A stretch of 64,000 bases of DNA from a virus: positions 6,276 to 70,275 of IMG/VR virus record IMGVR_UViG_3300045119_000356; one strand, given 5' to 3'. Numbering within the stretch: position 1 is the stretch's first letter; each line of letters starts with the position of its first letter. The notes under the pieces are model-generated. The model had not been told where the DNA came from and ran no database searches. It saw only the letters and a program-made list of their open reading frames with translations. Positions 17,878-28,030 of this stretch are shown here, piece by piece. The position numbers and the translations under genes are program-made.

Positions 17878-18117
17878 TCACAGCCACGGCCTCGGGTCGA
17901 AGTCCTCGGGCGGCAGATCTTCGCGCCCGTGCGAGGAGTGGACGTGCTGCCACATCGCGCGTGGATCGCGGCGGCGGATCTTGCAGCCGGGCTCGACGCA
18001 ACAGTAGGCACCGCTCGGCGTCTGCTCGTAGACCCGTTCAATGGTCGGGATCGAATCGCAGCCAGTCTTCTTCTCCCAGGCCAGCGAGATCGCCTCGACG
18101 GAATCAGTCGCCTTCAT
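17878..18117 (-). CDS. C2H2 Zn-finger-like protein
   Basis: C..PGC...MWQHV...H motif. Confidence 0.5.
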   Translation of the reverse strand: MKATDSVEAISLAWEKKTGCDSIPTIERVYEQTPSGAYCCVEPGCKIRRRDPRAMWQHVHSSHGREDLPPEDFDPRPWL

Positions 18118-18407
18118 CGCCCTGCCTTCAGGTGCTCGTTGAGCCACTCACCGAGCACGGCCTCGTTTGCCAGGGCCGCGGTCCCCGGATAGCCCTCGGC
18201 GTCGAACACCCTGATTTCAAGGCCATCGAGGTGCACGCCGGCCGCCAGGTGAACCGCAACGTCGCCCAGCTCGCGCGTCGAGAGCTCGCGCCCGGCAACG
18301 ACGACGCGCCAAGGCGCGCGGCAGCGGCCATTCGTCGTCGTCGCTCCCTTTCGCCGGCTGCGGATCAGAACACCCGCCGCGCCAAATTTGTGCTCCGTCT
18401 GACTCAC
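18114..18407 (-). CDS. Hypothetical protein, first gene of a promoter cassette
   Basis: aacggcgaaggagg RBS before the GTG at 18407. Confidence 0.6.
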   Translation of the reverse strand: MSQTEHKFGAAGVLIRSRRKGATTTNGRCRAPWRVVVAGRELSTRELGDVAVHLAAGVHLDGLEIRVFDAEGYPGTAALANEAVLGEWLNEHLKAGR

Positions 18408-18447
18408 TGCTCCTCCTTCGCCGTTGACCGCTGAAGCGTAGCAGGTA

Positions 18448-18463
18448 TAGAACCGCGGTACTA
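18448..18463. promoter_or_regulatory. Operator variant over the -35 of a minus-strand promoter
   Basis: TAGAACCGCGGTACTA; TAGTAC-17-TACGCT. Confidence 0.55.
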
Positions 18464-19195
18464 GGCTCGCCGCTCTCGCCGCTTCTCTCGGCGCCATCGA
18501 CGCCGTTGCCGGCGGGCCCAGCGCATCCGCGCCCGCCCGACTCGCTCGTGGCAGTCGGGCTCATAGAGGCAATGAAGCGTCAGCGAGGTCGGGTAAGGAT
18601 CGTCGCCGCGCTTCGGATAGCTGAGGTGCATGTGCACGGTCGTCCGACTCATCGCACTCCCTGCCGAAGTCGAAGATAGAAGAGCAAGGTCAGCCAGTGC
18701 GAGCGTGTCGCCTCCCATTCGCCAGGCCCGCCAAGACTCTCGGCAAGCTCAGGCCGCTCAACGTCAAACTTCAGGTGCTCCATGAACATTGTCCGCAGCG
18801 CGCTATCCATCAGGTCGCCCTCGCAGTCGTGCCGACCATCCGCCACTTCTTGTGGTCGCGGAGCTCGGCGGCGGTGCGCGTGATCGGCCGCACGCCGCCG
18901 AGCGTCCTGCCTTCTTCGTCGATCGTCACGCCGCGAACGTCATCGCCCATCGGCACCAGGCACCAGCGATCCTCCGGCCACCCAAACTCCGGCAAGGCGA
19001 GTTCAAAGCGATCCACTTCCCAGCGCCGCCCTGACTTCGTGCAGGCCTGGTAGACGGCGCCGACGAATGGCGGCTCAGGGCCTCGGATCGCACCGCTCAC
19101 TTCGCGGCCCTCTTCGTCGGCGTCCGCTTGCCGAGCTTGCCCACGCAACGGGTCAGGCTTGTTCCGCTCTCGTTCCAAGGCGTCACCGAAGGCGC

Positions 19196-19525
19196 TCACG
19201 TCGCCGTCTCCAGCGCCGCCTCGCCGGCCGGCGTCAGCCACCAGCGGTTCTGAATGAAGACGCCGCCGCCATCGTTGGCGACGAGTCCGCGCTTGCGCAG
19301 GGCCCCCAGCGTGTTCGAGGCGCCCCTGGCCGCGTTGAAATTCGAGTGGCGCTTGTTGACGGCGAGCTCTGCCTTGATCAGCGCGTCTCCGAGCTTCCAG
19401 GCGTAGGTCGTTCGGTCCGGCACGCGCCAGCCTGCTGCCTCAGGATCCGGTGCGGTGTCGGAGTTCTCGGCCAGCCATCGCAGCGTGAAGATCTGTCGCT
19501 CGTTCAATGTCTTCCCCGCGCTCAT
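19196..19525 (-). CDS. Winged-HTH-like protein
   Basis: L..RQ..L N-terminus; TL.AL.KRGLV...W.LTPAG wing. Confidence 0.55.
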   Translation of the reverse strand: MSAGKTLNERQIFTLRWLAENSDTAPDPEAAGWRVPDRTTYAWKLGDALIKAELAVNKRHSNFNAARGASNTLGALRKRGLVANDGGGVFIQNRWWLTPAGEAALETAT

Positions 19526-20585
19526 AGCTGCATTTCGCTCCAGCGTGCATCGATCCAGCGGCCGTCGATCAGCTCCCAGCCCGGCGGCGGGCGATGCTCG
19601 TAGACCACCGCCGAGCAGCCCTCGACCGTGCAGCGGCGCTCGAACTGCGGCGGGTCGTCACCGGGGCCGAGCGAGGACACGTTGCGCCAGCGCCACGGTC
19701 CCCAGACGTGCGCGTGCCGGCCGTGCCGCCAGGCCCTGACGATCGGCGGCAACACGACCAGTACGGTGTTCGCGACGACGATGGCGACGATGGCCACCTC
19801 GGTGTGCGTACCGGTGGCAATCTGGCCGAGCGCCACAAAATCGATGACCCCCAAGGTCGCGAGCAAGACGGTCACGGTTCGCTCCATCCGTAGGGCTCGG
19901 CAGTCGTTCGCTCCGGATCCGCGTGCGGCACCAGCACCGGCTCGCGCTTGACTCGCAGCGCTTCACCGGCCATCTCCCTCGGCGCGGAGTGGCCTTCGCA
20001 CCAGCTCTCGGCGGTGCCGGTGGTTCCACAGGCCGGACAGCGGAAGACGACCAGCACGAACATCTCGCCGACCACTTTGCCGCCGTAGGCATAGATCTGG
20101 CGCTCGCTGTCGGTATCGACCTCAACGACAACATTCAATTTTGTGCTCATAGCTTCCCCTCCATCGGCTCCGGCAGCCGGTCGTCTATTGCCTCGCGGAT
20201 GACTTCCAGCACGCGGCTGCCCAACCCGTAGCTGCGCTCAGGGCGCGGAGCGGGCAGCGTGCCGCCCATCACCCTCCAGGCGATGTAGTCCTGCGCGTAG
20301 ATCCGCTCCGCCGATCCGACCGGGATCGCTAAGACGAACTCGACCCCTTCGGCCGTGTACTCGCGGAGTGCTTCGACCAGCACGTCCTCGGTCATGATGT
20401 CCTCTCGATAAGTTCCTGCCTAGAGATGTTGTGCCAGCCCCATGTCTTGCCTTCGTCGCAACTCACCCGCACGCGGTAGCCCGGCCGCTCAGGAAAGGCA
20501 TAGACCGAATCGACCAGCACCGCCTTGACGCGCCGGCCTTGCCGCGCGAGAACGACCTGCGCAACCGCGAAGAGAATGTTCTCGC

Positions 20586-21179
20586 TCATCGCTTCTCCCA
20601 GATCCCAAGGTAGTCATGGATCCCATCCCACTGCGGAATCGTCACCTCGCGCGTCTCGGTGAAGCGCTCCGCCAGCAACTCATGGAAACGCTCCTCAGCG
20701 GTGCAGCCTCCCTCGCCCTCTCCGATGTAAGCAACGCGCTCGCCTCCCCAACCCAAGGCCTCCGCTGCCCATGCTTCGCCGTAGCTCGGCCAGCACAGCA
20801 GCAACGTCCGGTCTGGGTGATCGGCCGCCGCCCAGTGGTTGCGGCACAGCACCTCGGTCCAGATTTTCTGCTCATGCTCAGCGTCAGGCTCGCTCTCGTT
20901 CCAGCGCATCGCGTCATAGGCGACGATGTCCACGCCGCGCTCTCGCAGCAAGTGCGCCCAGTAACCGCCACCAGCACCGATCTCAACCAGCGGAGCGAGT
21001 TCGGCCAAGGCGTCGAGCGCCGCATCGTTGGGAACTGCCCAGGCGAACTCGCGCACCAGCTTGCGGCGCAAGCGCCAGGCATCCAGCGTCAATTCCCCCT
21101 CGTCCAAGGCGCGCTTGAGGTACTCGTTCTCGCCTACGAAGACAGGATGCACGTCGCCCGGTGAAAGCACCTCGGCCAT
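20586..21179 (-). CDS. Class I SAM-dependent methyltransferase-like protein
   Basis: VEIGAGGGYW SAM-binding motif, AYD, LLLCWPSY and YIGE..GGCT. Confidence 0.7.
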   Translation of the reverse strand: MAEVLSPGDVHPVFVGENEYLKRALDEGELTLDAWRLRRKLVREFAWAVPNDAALDALAELAPLVEIGAGGGYWAHLLRERGVDIVAYDAMRWNESEPDAEHEQKIWTEVLCRNHWAAADHPDRTLLLCWPSYGEAWAAEALGWGGERVAYIGEGEGGCTAEERFHELLAERFTETREVTIPQWDGIHDYLGIWEKR

Positions 21180-21444
21180 CAGCTCTGCCAGTCCTCGGCC
21201 GTGTCGCGGCCTTCGGCTTCGTCATCGCGCGGGTCGTCGGCCAGGTCCTTCCAAGGCCCGCCGTCCTCGCGTTCTTGCACGACGACCAGAATGTTGCCGC
21301 GCTTGCGGGCTTCCTCGGCGGCCTGAACGTGCCAGTCGAGATCCTCGCCGGGAAGTCCTCGCCAAGCAACACCGCGCCCACCGCTGAACGGCCGGACACC
21401 GATAACGCGGTACTGAGTCAACCTCTTCTCCTATCTAATCGCCC

Positions 21445-21460
21445 TTGTACCTAGGTACAG
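21445..21460. promoter_or_regulatory. Palindromic operator
   Basis: TTGTACCTAGGTACAG with a perfect 14-bp palindrome; intergenic. Confidence 0.75.
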
Positions 21461-21462
21461 TA

Positions 21463-22560
21463 TCAGCTTGCGGCCATCCGTTCGATCGCCTTTGCGAGGC
21501 TGCGCTCGTTGGCGTAGCTGGTCCGCGCCAGCAATTGGCGAGCGATGGCGGTCGCGCCGAGTCCCTCCCCCCTGAGCCGCAGCGCCTCTGCCTCGACCTC
21601 CGGCTTGAGCCGCCGACGCGGGCGCGGCGGCTTGATCTCATCGACCCGGTTCTGGCGAATGCGGCAGCCGCGGCAGAGCTCGGCATGGACCGCCTTGCGC
21701 TTGCCGCAGCGCGGACAGACCAACAGCCGGTAGAGCTCGCGCAAGCCAGGTACACCAGTGCGTCGAGGAGCACCGCGGCGCTGGCCGAAGATCCGAGCTC
21801 GGTGCAGAGCGTTTGCCACGGTCCCGCGGCTGACCTCCGCGGCGCCACCGTTGACCAGCATCGCGACTTCCTCGCGCGTCATGCCGTGCTGCTGCGCAAC
21901 GGCGGCGAGCGGGTCGGCGCGGTGCACCTGGGTGCGCAGGTACTCAGCGAAGGGCCCGGCCGGCAGCATCTGACCGCGGTTGCGCGGTTTTGCGGGCGAG
22001 TGGCCTGGGCGCCAGCGCCGACGCACTCCCCAGCGGTCGAAGCGGCGCACGAGCTGCCCGCAGTTCCCACACTCGCAGGGTTCGTGAGGCATGCCCTTCG
22101 CTGGCTTGCCGCAGCGCTCGCAGCAGCCCGAATTGTCGGGGTAGACCGCGCGGTCACAAGCAGGGCACCACCGCTGCGGTCGCGTCCCAGGTGGCTCGGT
22201 CTGGGACTCACACCACGGGCAGAGCAGGTCGGTGCCGCAGGCGACGAGCTCGCGGCAGCGCCCGCAGAAACGGTCGTGAACGTCCACGTGCGGGGCGGTG
22301 AGCCAGGGGAAAACCACCCAGGCCGGAATGCCGGCGCGAGTAAGAGCGTCATCGACCGTCGCTGCCGGCACCGAGAACACCGGCCGGCCATCACCATCGA
22401 GCTCGTGCTCCCAGCAGTAGACGGTGCGGTCGCTGACGCCGAGCCGAGCGCCGAGCACACCACGGTCGTGCCCCAGGTCGCTCAGCCGTTGGAGTTCGAG
22501 CTGCGCCCAGCAGGCCAGTGGCACCGAAGGAACGCGGTGCGGGTCGGGCGCCCGACCCAT
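21463..22560 (-). CDS. Modular DNA-binding protein (multiple HTH and Zn-ribbon domains)
   Basis: HTH-like LGARLGVSDRTVYCWE, AVAQQHGMTREEV and EGLGATAIARQL; at least six CxxC pairs. Confidence 0.65.
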   Translation of the reverse strand: MGRAPDPHRVPSVPLACWAQLELQRLSDLGHDRGVLGARLGVSDRTVYCWEHELDGDGRPVFSVPAATVDDALTRAGIPAWVVFPWLTAPHVDVHDRFCGRCRELVACGTDLLCPWCESQTEPPGTRPQRWCPACDRAVYPDNSGCCERCGKPAKGMPHEPCECGNCGQLVRRFDRWGVRRRWRPGHSPAKPRNRGQMLPAGPFAEYLRTQVHRADPLAAVAQQHGMTREEVAMLVNGGAAEVSRGTVANALHRARIFGQRRGAPRRTGVPGLRELYRLLVCPRCGKRKAVHAELCRGCRIRQNRVDEIKPPRPRRRLKPEVEAEALRLRGEGLGATAIARQLLARTSYANERSLAKAIERMAAS

Positions 22561-22763
22561 CGCCTACTCCTCCATCGCGTCGGCGTGCGCCTTGCGGTGA
22601 TGGATGATCACGTCTTTGCGTCGCCGGCCGGAGCAGACGATTCCGTGCGCGTCGAACACCCAGGTCTGTTCGGTGCCACCGAGCTCGTTCTTGCGGCGCA
22701 CCAGTTTCGGCAGGCTGCGGCTCGGCGCCGGGTTGCTGACGGTGACTGCGGATCGTTTTTTGC

Positions 22764-23423
22764 TCACGGTGTCTCCTCGGTTGCCAGGGTGTCGAGCCAG
22801 TCGCCTTTGCCATCGAGCTCGAAGCCCGCATATTCGAGGCGCTGCCCGATGATCTCGGGATGCTCCTTCTCCAGGTGCGCGCGCTGAGCGACGGCGTCAT
22901 CAGCGAAGAGCCGCAGCTCGCAGCCTGGGCACTTCGCTTTCGGCGCGATCTCCAGTGCGAGCCGGCGGCACTCTGCATCTTCAAAGAGCACATGGACGGT
23001 GTCCTCATCTCGCCCTGCGAGCTGCACCTCGCGCAAGAAGGCCGAGCCCATCGCTTCGGCGGCGCTGGCCGTCATCAGCGTGCCGCGCAGGTTGAGGTGC
23101 AAAGGCTTTGGGTCATCTCCGACTCTCGAAACTTTGTAGACCTGCGCAGCTTCAACGATGCTTCGGCAAAACTCAGTGTTCTTTTGGTCTGCCTCCTTAT
23201 CGGCGGCTTGAAGTTCTTTGAGCTCTGACTCAGTTATCGGCTGGTCGCCGGGCGAAATATCTCGGATGCTTACTCCGTAGGGCAGGCAATCGTGTTCGTG
23301 GAGGATCTTCCAGACCCGCTCGATACGATCAGATTCAGATTGGTCAGCCACCCTCGGCCTCCTTGCGGCGCTGAGTCTCGGCTTTCTTGTGGACGTACCA
23401 CCAGCCGTGGTTGCGCTCGTCAT
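22764..23423 (-). CDS. Hypothetical protein with C-terminal C2H2 Zn finger
   Basis: CPGC...AHLEKEHP; start codon uncertain. Confidence 0.55.
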   Translation of the reverse strand: MTSATTAGGTSTRKPRLSAARRPRVADQSESDRIERVWKILHEHDCLPYGVSIRDISPGDQPITESELKELQAADKEADQKNTEFCRSIVEAAQVYKVSRVGDDPKPLHLNLRGTLMTASAAEAMGSAFLREVQLAGRDEDTVHVLFEDAECRRLALEIAPKAKCPGCELRLFADDAVAQRAHLEKEHPEIIGQRLEYAGFELDGKGDWLDTLATEETP

Positions 23424-23475
23424 CGACTCGCCATGTCCGTGCTCCTTCGCCCATGCCGGGGAGAGTATCACGACC

Positions 23476-23491
23476 TAGTACCTAGGTGCTA
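23476..23491. promoter_or_regulatory. Palindromic operator upstream of a TGaTACTCT extended -10
   Basis: TAGTACCTAGGTGCTA. Confidence 0.75.
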
Positions 23492-23555
23492 TGCTGCGCG
23501 AGCGCGCCGTCTCGCACCGCCGCACCTGGCGCCTCCCGCAGCGAGACGGCGCGCT

Positions 23556-24248
23556 TCAGTTATCGCCGGCCATGACCGGCGGCGAAGGCAGACCGTGTTT
23601 CTCAGCAACTGCCTTGGCTGCCTGCCCGATGCCGAGCAGGTACTCCTCCAGCTCGTTGCGAGGCATGCTCTCGACCCGATGACGATGGTCGTGCTCGATC
23701 GCGCCGCCTTCGTGGCCCCCGACATTCGTCGTTGAGAGGCCGCGGGAGAGACGCTCAAAGACGCCAACCTGTGCGTAGACCCGCGCCGCCTTCGTCGCCT
23801 CTTTGATCAGGTCGAGGTCGCCAACGTCTTTGAACGGGTCACCATCGGGGTCGGCTTCCATGCGCTTTTGCCAGCGCCTGATGATCTCCCGCGCCGGCAT
23901 CAGCAGGACTTTCTGGAGCTCAGAGGCCTCTTTGGCATGGCGCTGCCCCATCTCGGTGCGACCACGCAGGTCGGCCTCGCGCTTGACGCGGTCCTTCTCG
24001 CGATCCCAGGCAGCGACGCGAGCGACCCAGGAGTTGTCCGACGACCAGCGCGAGACGATGGCGAAGCCCTTGCCGATTTCCTTGCAAACGGCGCGCAGGG
24101 ACCGCGGCGGCTCCTGGTCGCGGTAGGCCGAGAAAGCAGCGAAAGCCTCTTCGGATTCCTTGGGCTGGCGCTCCCACAGATCGACCGCTTCACCGATCTC
24201 CTCGGCCGTAGGACCGCTGTGGCCGCCCTGGCGTTTTCCGTCGCTCAC
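23556..24248 (-). CDS. Terminase small subunit-like protein
   Basis: WERQP.ES..AF.AF..YRD...RSL.......GK.....RWS....WV.R..AWD motif typical of genes next to terL; C-terminal G..GGAI; leaderless TAAACT promoter. Confidence 0.7.
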   Translation of the reverse strand: MSDGKRQGGHSGPTAEEIGEAVDLWERQPKESEEAFAAFSAYRDQEPPRSLRAVCKEIGKGFAIVSRWSSDNSWVARVAAWDREKDRVKREADLRGRTEMGQRHAKEASELQKVLLMPAREIIRRWQKRMEADPDGDPFKDVGDLDLIKEATKAARVYAQVGVFERLSRGLSTTNVGGHEGGAIEHDHRHRVESMPRNELEEYLLGIGQAAKAVAEKHGLPSPPVMAGDN

Positions 24249-25691
24249 CTGGGGGAGTTTAGAACCTCTGCTCGTGCTCGACCAGGCCGCGCCATTCCCG
24301 CTGGAAGTTCCGCGCGTGGTCGCGCTGGGTCTCGCGCACCGTGAAGCGATGGCCGATCTCACAGACGCAGGTCAGCTTGCCGATGGCTAAAGGCTCGGTG
24401 TTCGCCACCAGCGCCTCCCCTCGCTCGACCGCCTCCTTCAGCCCCTCAGGCCAGGGTTCGCCCTTGTACTGAGTCTCGACGTGGTCTATCGGCGCCCAGC
24501 AGCCCTTGACCGCGCAGCAGTTCGACCAGCCTTCCTCGGGCTCGACCAAACCGCGCACCGCCGGTTCCTGGTTGGACGGCCGCCGAAAGGCGTCGAGGAA
24601 TTCGCGGCCGACGCGCAGCGCCTCGCGCGGGTCCATCACGATGTCTCGGTGTGCCAAGCCCAGAGCTTGGCACGCAACCACACCGCGCCGGCCCAGGCGA
24701 TGACGGCGAGGCCGATCACCCAGCCCGGCTGGCGATGCACGGAAGCCAGTAGAACAATCAGGCTCGCCAGCCGGGCCAAGCTCATTTAAGGTCGCCCAGT
24801 TCTCGCCACCTACGCTGCCAAAACTCTTCGGTGAGCATGCCGCGCATCAGCTTCAGCGGCTCCGGGTGCTTTTCGAGGAGCCGCCGGGTGGCTTCGAGCT
24901 CGCGCATCGCATCGGAGGCCATCAGCGCCGTCCCCCTCTCCAGCCAACTCGACATCCATGCCACCATGCGGCTCCAGCGCCAGCGGGTCGTAGCCCTCTA
25001 CCCGCTTCGTAGTCGCTCCAGCGAGCGAGGTCATGGGAGAGAAGGCGCAGAAAATGTCGTCTCAGTGCGGAGTCCATCAGATCTCCTCCTCTGCTTCCTT
25101 GGCCGATGTCCTCAGCGACTCGGCAAGGAACTCGTGCCCGTGGTTTGTAGGGATGCCGGAACCGACGATGAGAGGGTTGCCCTCACCATCGCGCCATGCG
25201 ACGTTGACGACGATGATCGGCTCGCCGTGCTCGAACTCAACCGCTCTCGCGAGGCCCGCTTTGGCGCCTTCGAGCGCAGAGGCCGCGATCATCTCCAGGC
25301 CCTTGTAGCCCTCCAGGGGAGCGCCGGCTTCATCGGCCATTAGCGGCTCACCTCCGCGAGCCTGGCGGAGATCCCACAGAGCGCCGCCGCGACGGCCTCT
25401 TCGCGGAGCTCGGCCGCGCGCTCCAGCATTTTTTCGCGCTTGCCCTCCGGGTAGACGGCACCGCGAGCCGGATCCTCGACGCGAGCGGACTGGCGAAGCC
25501 CTTCGGCTTCAGCCAACCGCTCCTGCGCCATACTCTCGTAGCCAGTCGCCACCTGATCCGGTGTTTGCACTGGTTGCTCCTTGACATGCCTAGGGCAGGT
25601 CGCCTGATGAGCTGTGGGCTCGCCATCCTCATCGGGAATGCTTTTAGCTCCGCATTCAGGGCAAGTTGTCAACTCCGGATAACTCATCGAC

Positions 25692-26381
25692 TCAGGTGAC
25701 CTGCTCGGCGGTAACGAAGGTCTGGGCAAGCTGGGCCTGATCGGGCCCGACCGTGCAGGGGAACGTTTCTCCGGTGCCGAGCGCTCGCGCGTAGACCGCT
25801 ATCGAGTGAGGTCCGGCGGGCAGGCCGCCGAAGTCAACCGAGATCGTGACGTTGCCGTTGACAGTGCCGTTCGGTACGTACAGAACGCCGGCACCAGGCG
25901 CTGCGGGTTGACCATCGACACGGATCTGGAATTGGCAAGGAACGAACCCCGCCGATGCCGAGCCTGTCCAGGTGACTTCGAGCACCGATGACGGGTCGAT
26001 CTTCGTGTACGTTTCGACCGGGTCGACCACGGCGAAGTCGCTGCCGACCATCGCCTGCGATGCCCCGCCCTCGACCCCTTGCTGAGGGTCGGGCAGTTCG
26101 AGGTCGCTCGGTTCGACCTGGTTGGTCCCGATGTCGCCGCTGTGGACTTCGCCTTCACCGATGTCAGCCGAGGCCACGGCTCCGTTGCGCACGTCCGTGC
26201 TGCGCACTTCGTTGTTGTGAATGTCCTGCGTCCTGATCGACCCGTTGCGGATCTGCTTGGAACCGACCAGCACGGTGCCTGCGTAGGCACCGCCGATGCC
26301 GCTGAGCGCAGCGACCAAAGCAAACGCAGCGAGCATCACCGCAGCGTTGATACGAGTCCTCCCTCGACGGTCCAGATTCAT
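25692..26381 (-). CDS. Secreted/membrane-anchored protein with pentapeptide-like repeats
   Basis: Basic N-terminus, hydrophobic helix and AYA cleavage site; NGSI.T.DI repeats; strong RBS. Confidence 0.75.
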   Translation of the reverse strand: MNLDRRGRTRINAAVMLAAFALVAALSGIGGAYAGTVLVGSKQIRNGSIRTQDIHNNEVRSTDVRNGAVASADIGEGEVHSGDIGTNQVEPSDLELPDPQQGVEGGASQAMVGSDFAVVDPVETYTKIDPSSVLEVTWTGSASAGFVPCQFQIRVDGQPAAPGAGVLYVPNGTVNGNVTISVDFGGLPAGPHSIAVYARALGTGETFPCTVGPDQAQLAQTFVTAEQVT

Positions 26382-26406
26382 GCTGTTCTCCTTCGTTGAG
26401 TTGCCC

Positions 26407-26422
26407 TTGTACCCAGGTACAG
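26407..26422. promoter_or_regulatory. Palindromic operator
   Basis: TTGTACCCAGGTACAG; flanks gcccttg and cagta shared with the 21445 site. Confidence 0.75.
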
Positions 26423-26432
26423 TAACAGACGC

Positions 26433-26597
26433 TCAGACGGCTATGGGAACCGCTCGCCGCCCCTTGCAGAAGTTGCAGCGCACGAAGGTGTCGTCGGGCA
26501 GCCGGTAGCCGCGAGGATCTCCCAGGCACTCTGGGCAGCGCATCCACGCGACGCCTTCGGCCACCTGCTCGGCCGAGACCTGGAAGGCGGCGTCCAT
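26433..26597 (-). CDS. Small Zn-finger protein
   Basis: CPECLG...CNFCKG. Confidence 0.5.
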   Translation of the reverse strand: MDAAFQVSAEQVAEGVAWMRCPECLGDPRGYRLPDDTFVRCNFCKGRRAVPIAV

Positions 26598-26727
26598 GAC
26601 CTCGCCGCTGCCGCCGCGAACCTCTCCGACCAGGATCAACCGACGAGCCCGGCGCCAACCAGGAAGAGACCGAGCTCGACGCTGAGATAGAAGAGGCAGC
26701 AGCAGAGGATGACGAACCAGAAGGTGC

Positions 26728-27189
26728 TCATGCCGCCCACTCCAGCGCGCGCTCAGACAACGGCTCCGAGAGATTCCAAACTTTCTGATAGCCCCTTGTC
26801 GGCAACGGCCGGCGCAAGCGACGCACGTTTCGCAGTTCCCACATGAAGCGCCCCGCGCGGAAGTCCCCGAAGGCTGCCTCTGACTCTGAGCAGCTAGATA
26901 GCGCCGAGCCATCACATCTAAGGATCAAGGTGAGATCGACAATCGCGATAACCGCGCCGAAGGGGAGGGTGTCGGGGTCGTCGAATCCACTCTCCGCGAG
27001 TGCTGCATCAAAAGGCGCTTGAGCACATAGCTGATGTAGTTCGGTCACCTCGACCATCGTTTGAGGCCTACGCGCTGCATGAATCGCTAGCTCGCCTCGG
27101 TGTGGAGTTGCCCATCCCCGCGTCTCAAAGCGCTTGACGCCGAGCGCGATCAGGGAAGCGTAAGGCTGGTAAACCGTCAGGGCCTTCAC
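26728..27189 (-). CDS. ASCH domain protein
   Basis: KALTV.QPYA.LI..G.K..ETR.W.T..RG.LAIHA, P.GAVI and RG.Q..W motifs. Confidence 0.9.
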   Translation of the reverse strand: MKALTVYQPYASLIALGVKRFETRGWATPHRGELAIHAARRPQTMVEVTELHQLCAQAPFDAALAESGFDDPDTLPFGAVIAIVDLTLILRCDGSALSSCSESEAAFGDFRAGRFMWELRNVRRLRRPLPTRGYQKVWNLSEPLSERALEWAA

Positions 27190-27445
27190 TTGACCGCTCC
27201 GCATTTCCCGCAGATCGCCTCCGCCACCATTCGGTGGCCCCTGGCGGTGGGAACTGCCACCACCTCCGTCGCCGTGCGCGCTTTACAGAAGTCGCACCGC
27301 TTTGCCTCAGGGGTAGCGCAGTGAGGGCACGCCGGTACGTGGTGACCGTCAGGAACTCCTCGACATTTGCAGTCGGGCAGACCCGGGTTCGGTCGTCGGT
27401 TGAAATATGCGTCGGTACCGGCGAGCACCGCGGCGGTGTCTCCGC

Positions 27446-27682
27446 TCATTGTTCAAACCCCTCTTCCCCTATGACCGGCAAGCGCCAGCGCGGGTTACCT
27501 TTCTTGTTGCCCTTCTCGCATTTGACGACGAGGCCTTTTTTGCCAAGACGGCCCATCGCGCACAGCGCGCTGATCGGCCCAACTCGCACCTCGCGCGCGA
27601 TGTCATCGGTGTTGGCCTCGCCGCCCAGAGCTTCGAGCGCTGCGAGGCACTCGTCACCCAGGTGTGTCTGCGTCTTTGTCAT
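27446..27682 (-). CDS. Small winged-HTH protein
   Basis: T..IA..V helix-turn-helix and L.KKGLV...W wing. Confidence 0.55.
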   Translation of the reverse strand: MTKTQTHLGDECLAALEALGGEANTDDIAREVRVGPISALCAMGRLGKKGLVVKCEKGNKKGNPRWRLPVIGEEGFEQ

Positions 27683-28030
27683 CGAACTTCGCCTTCCTGG
27701 CAGCTTTCGCCAGCTTCCTCGCTGCGAGGCGCTGCGCCTCTTCCTCGCGCTGACGCGATCGCTTGCGCTCCTCGCGCGTCGCACCGCCGGCCTCATGAGC
27801 AAGGAACCGCCTGACCCTGTCCGCGTCGCTCTCAAGATCCCGGCGCGGCCGTTGCCGGGCAGGGTCGCCGGAGCGGGAGGAGCTCTTCTTCCTCCCGCGT
27901 CCGGCGTTCGATCCCCGGCCCTTGGGCACTGCCCTAGAGGCCCCTGAATTTGATCACCGTGTAGGTGGTCGTTTTGCGCTCTTTTTTGGGTTTCCCCCCG
28001 GACGATGGTGCTTGCGTCTCTGCTTTCTCC

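Noticed and set aside
27446-27682. Z-alpha (Z-DNA-binding) domain matching the CG-alternating tracts
   Set aside because: It has a P.W wing but lacks the conserved Asn/Tyr of the recognition helix; a generic wHTH is more likely.
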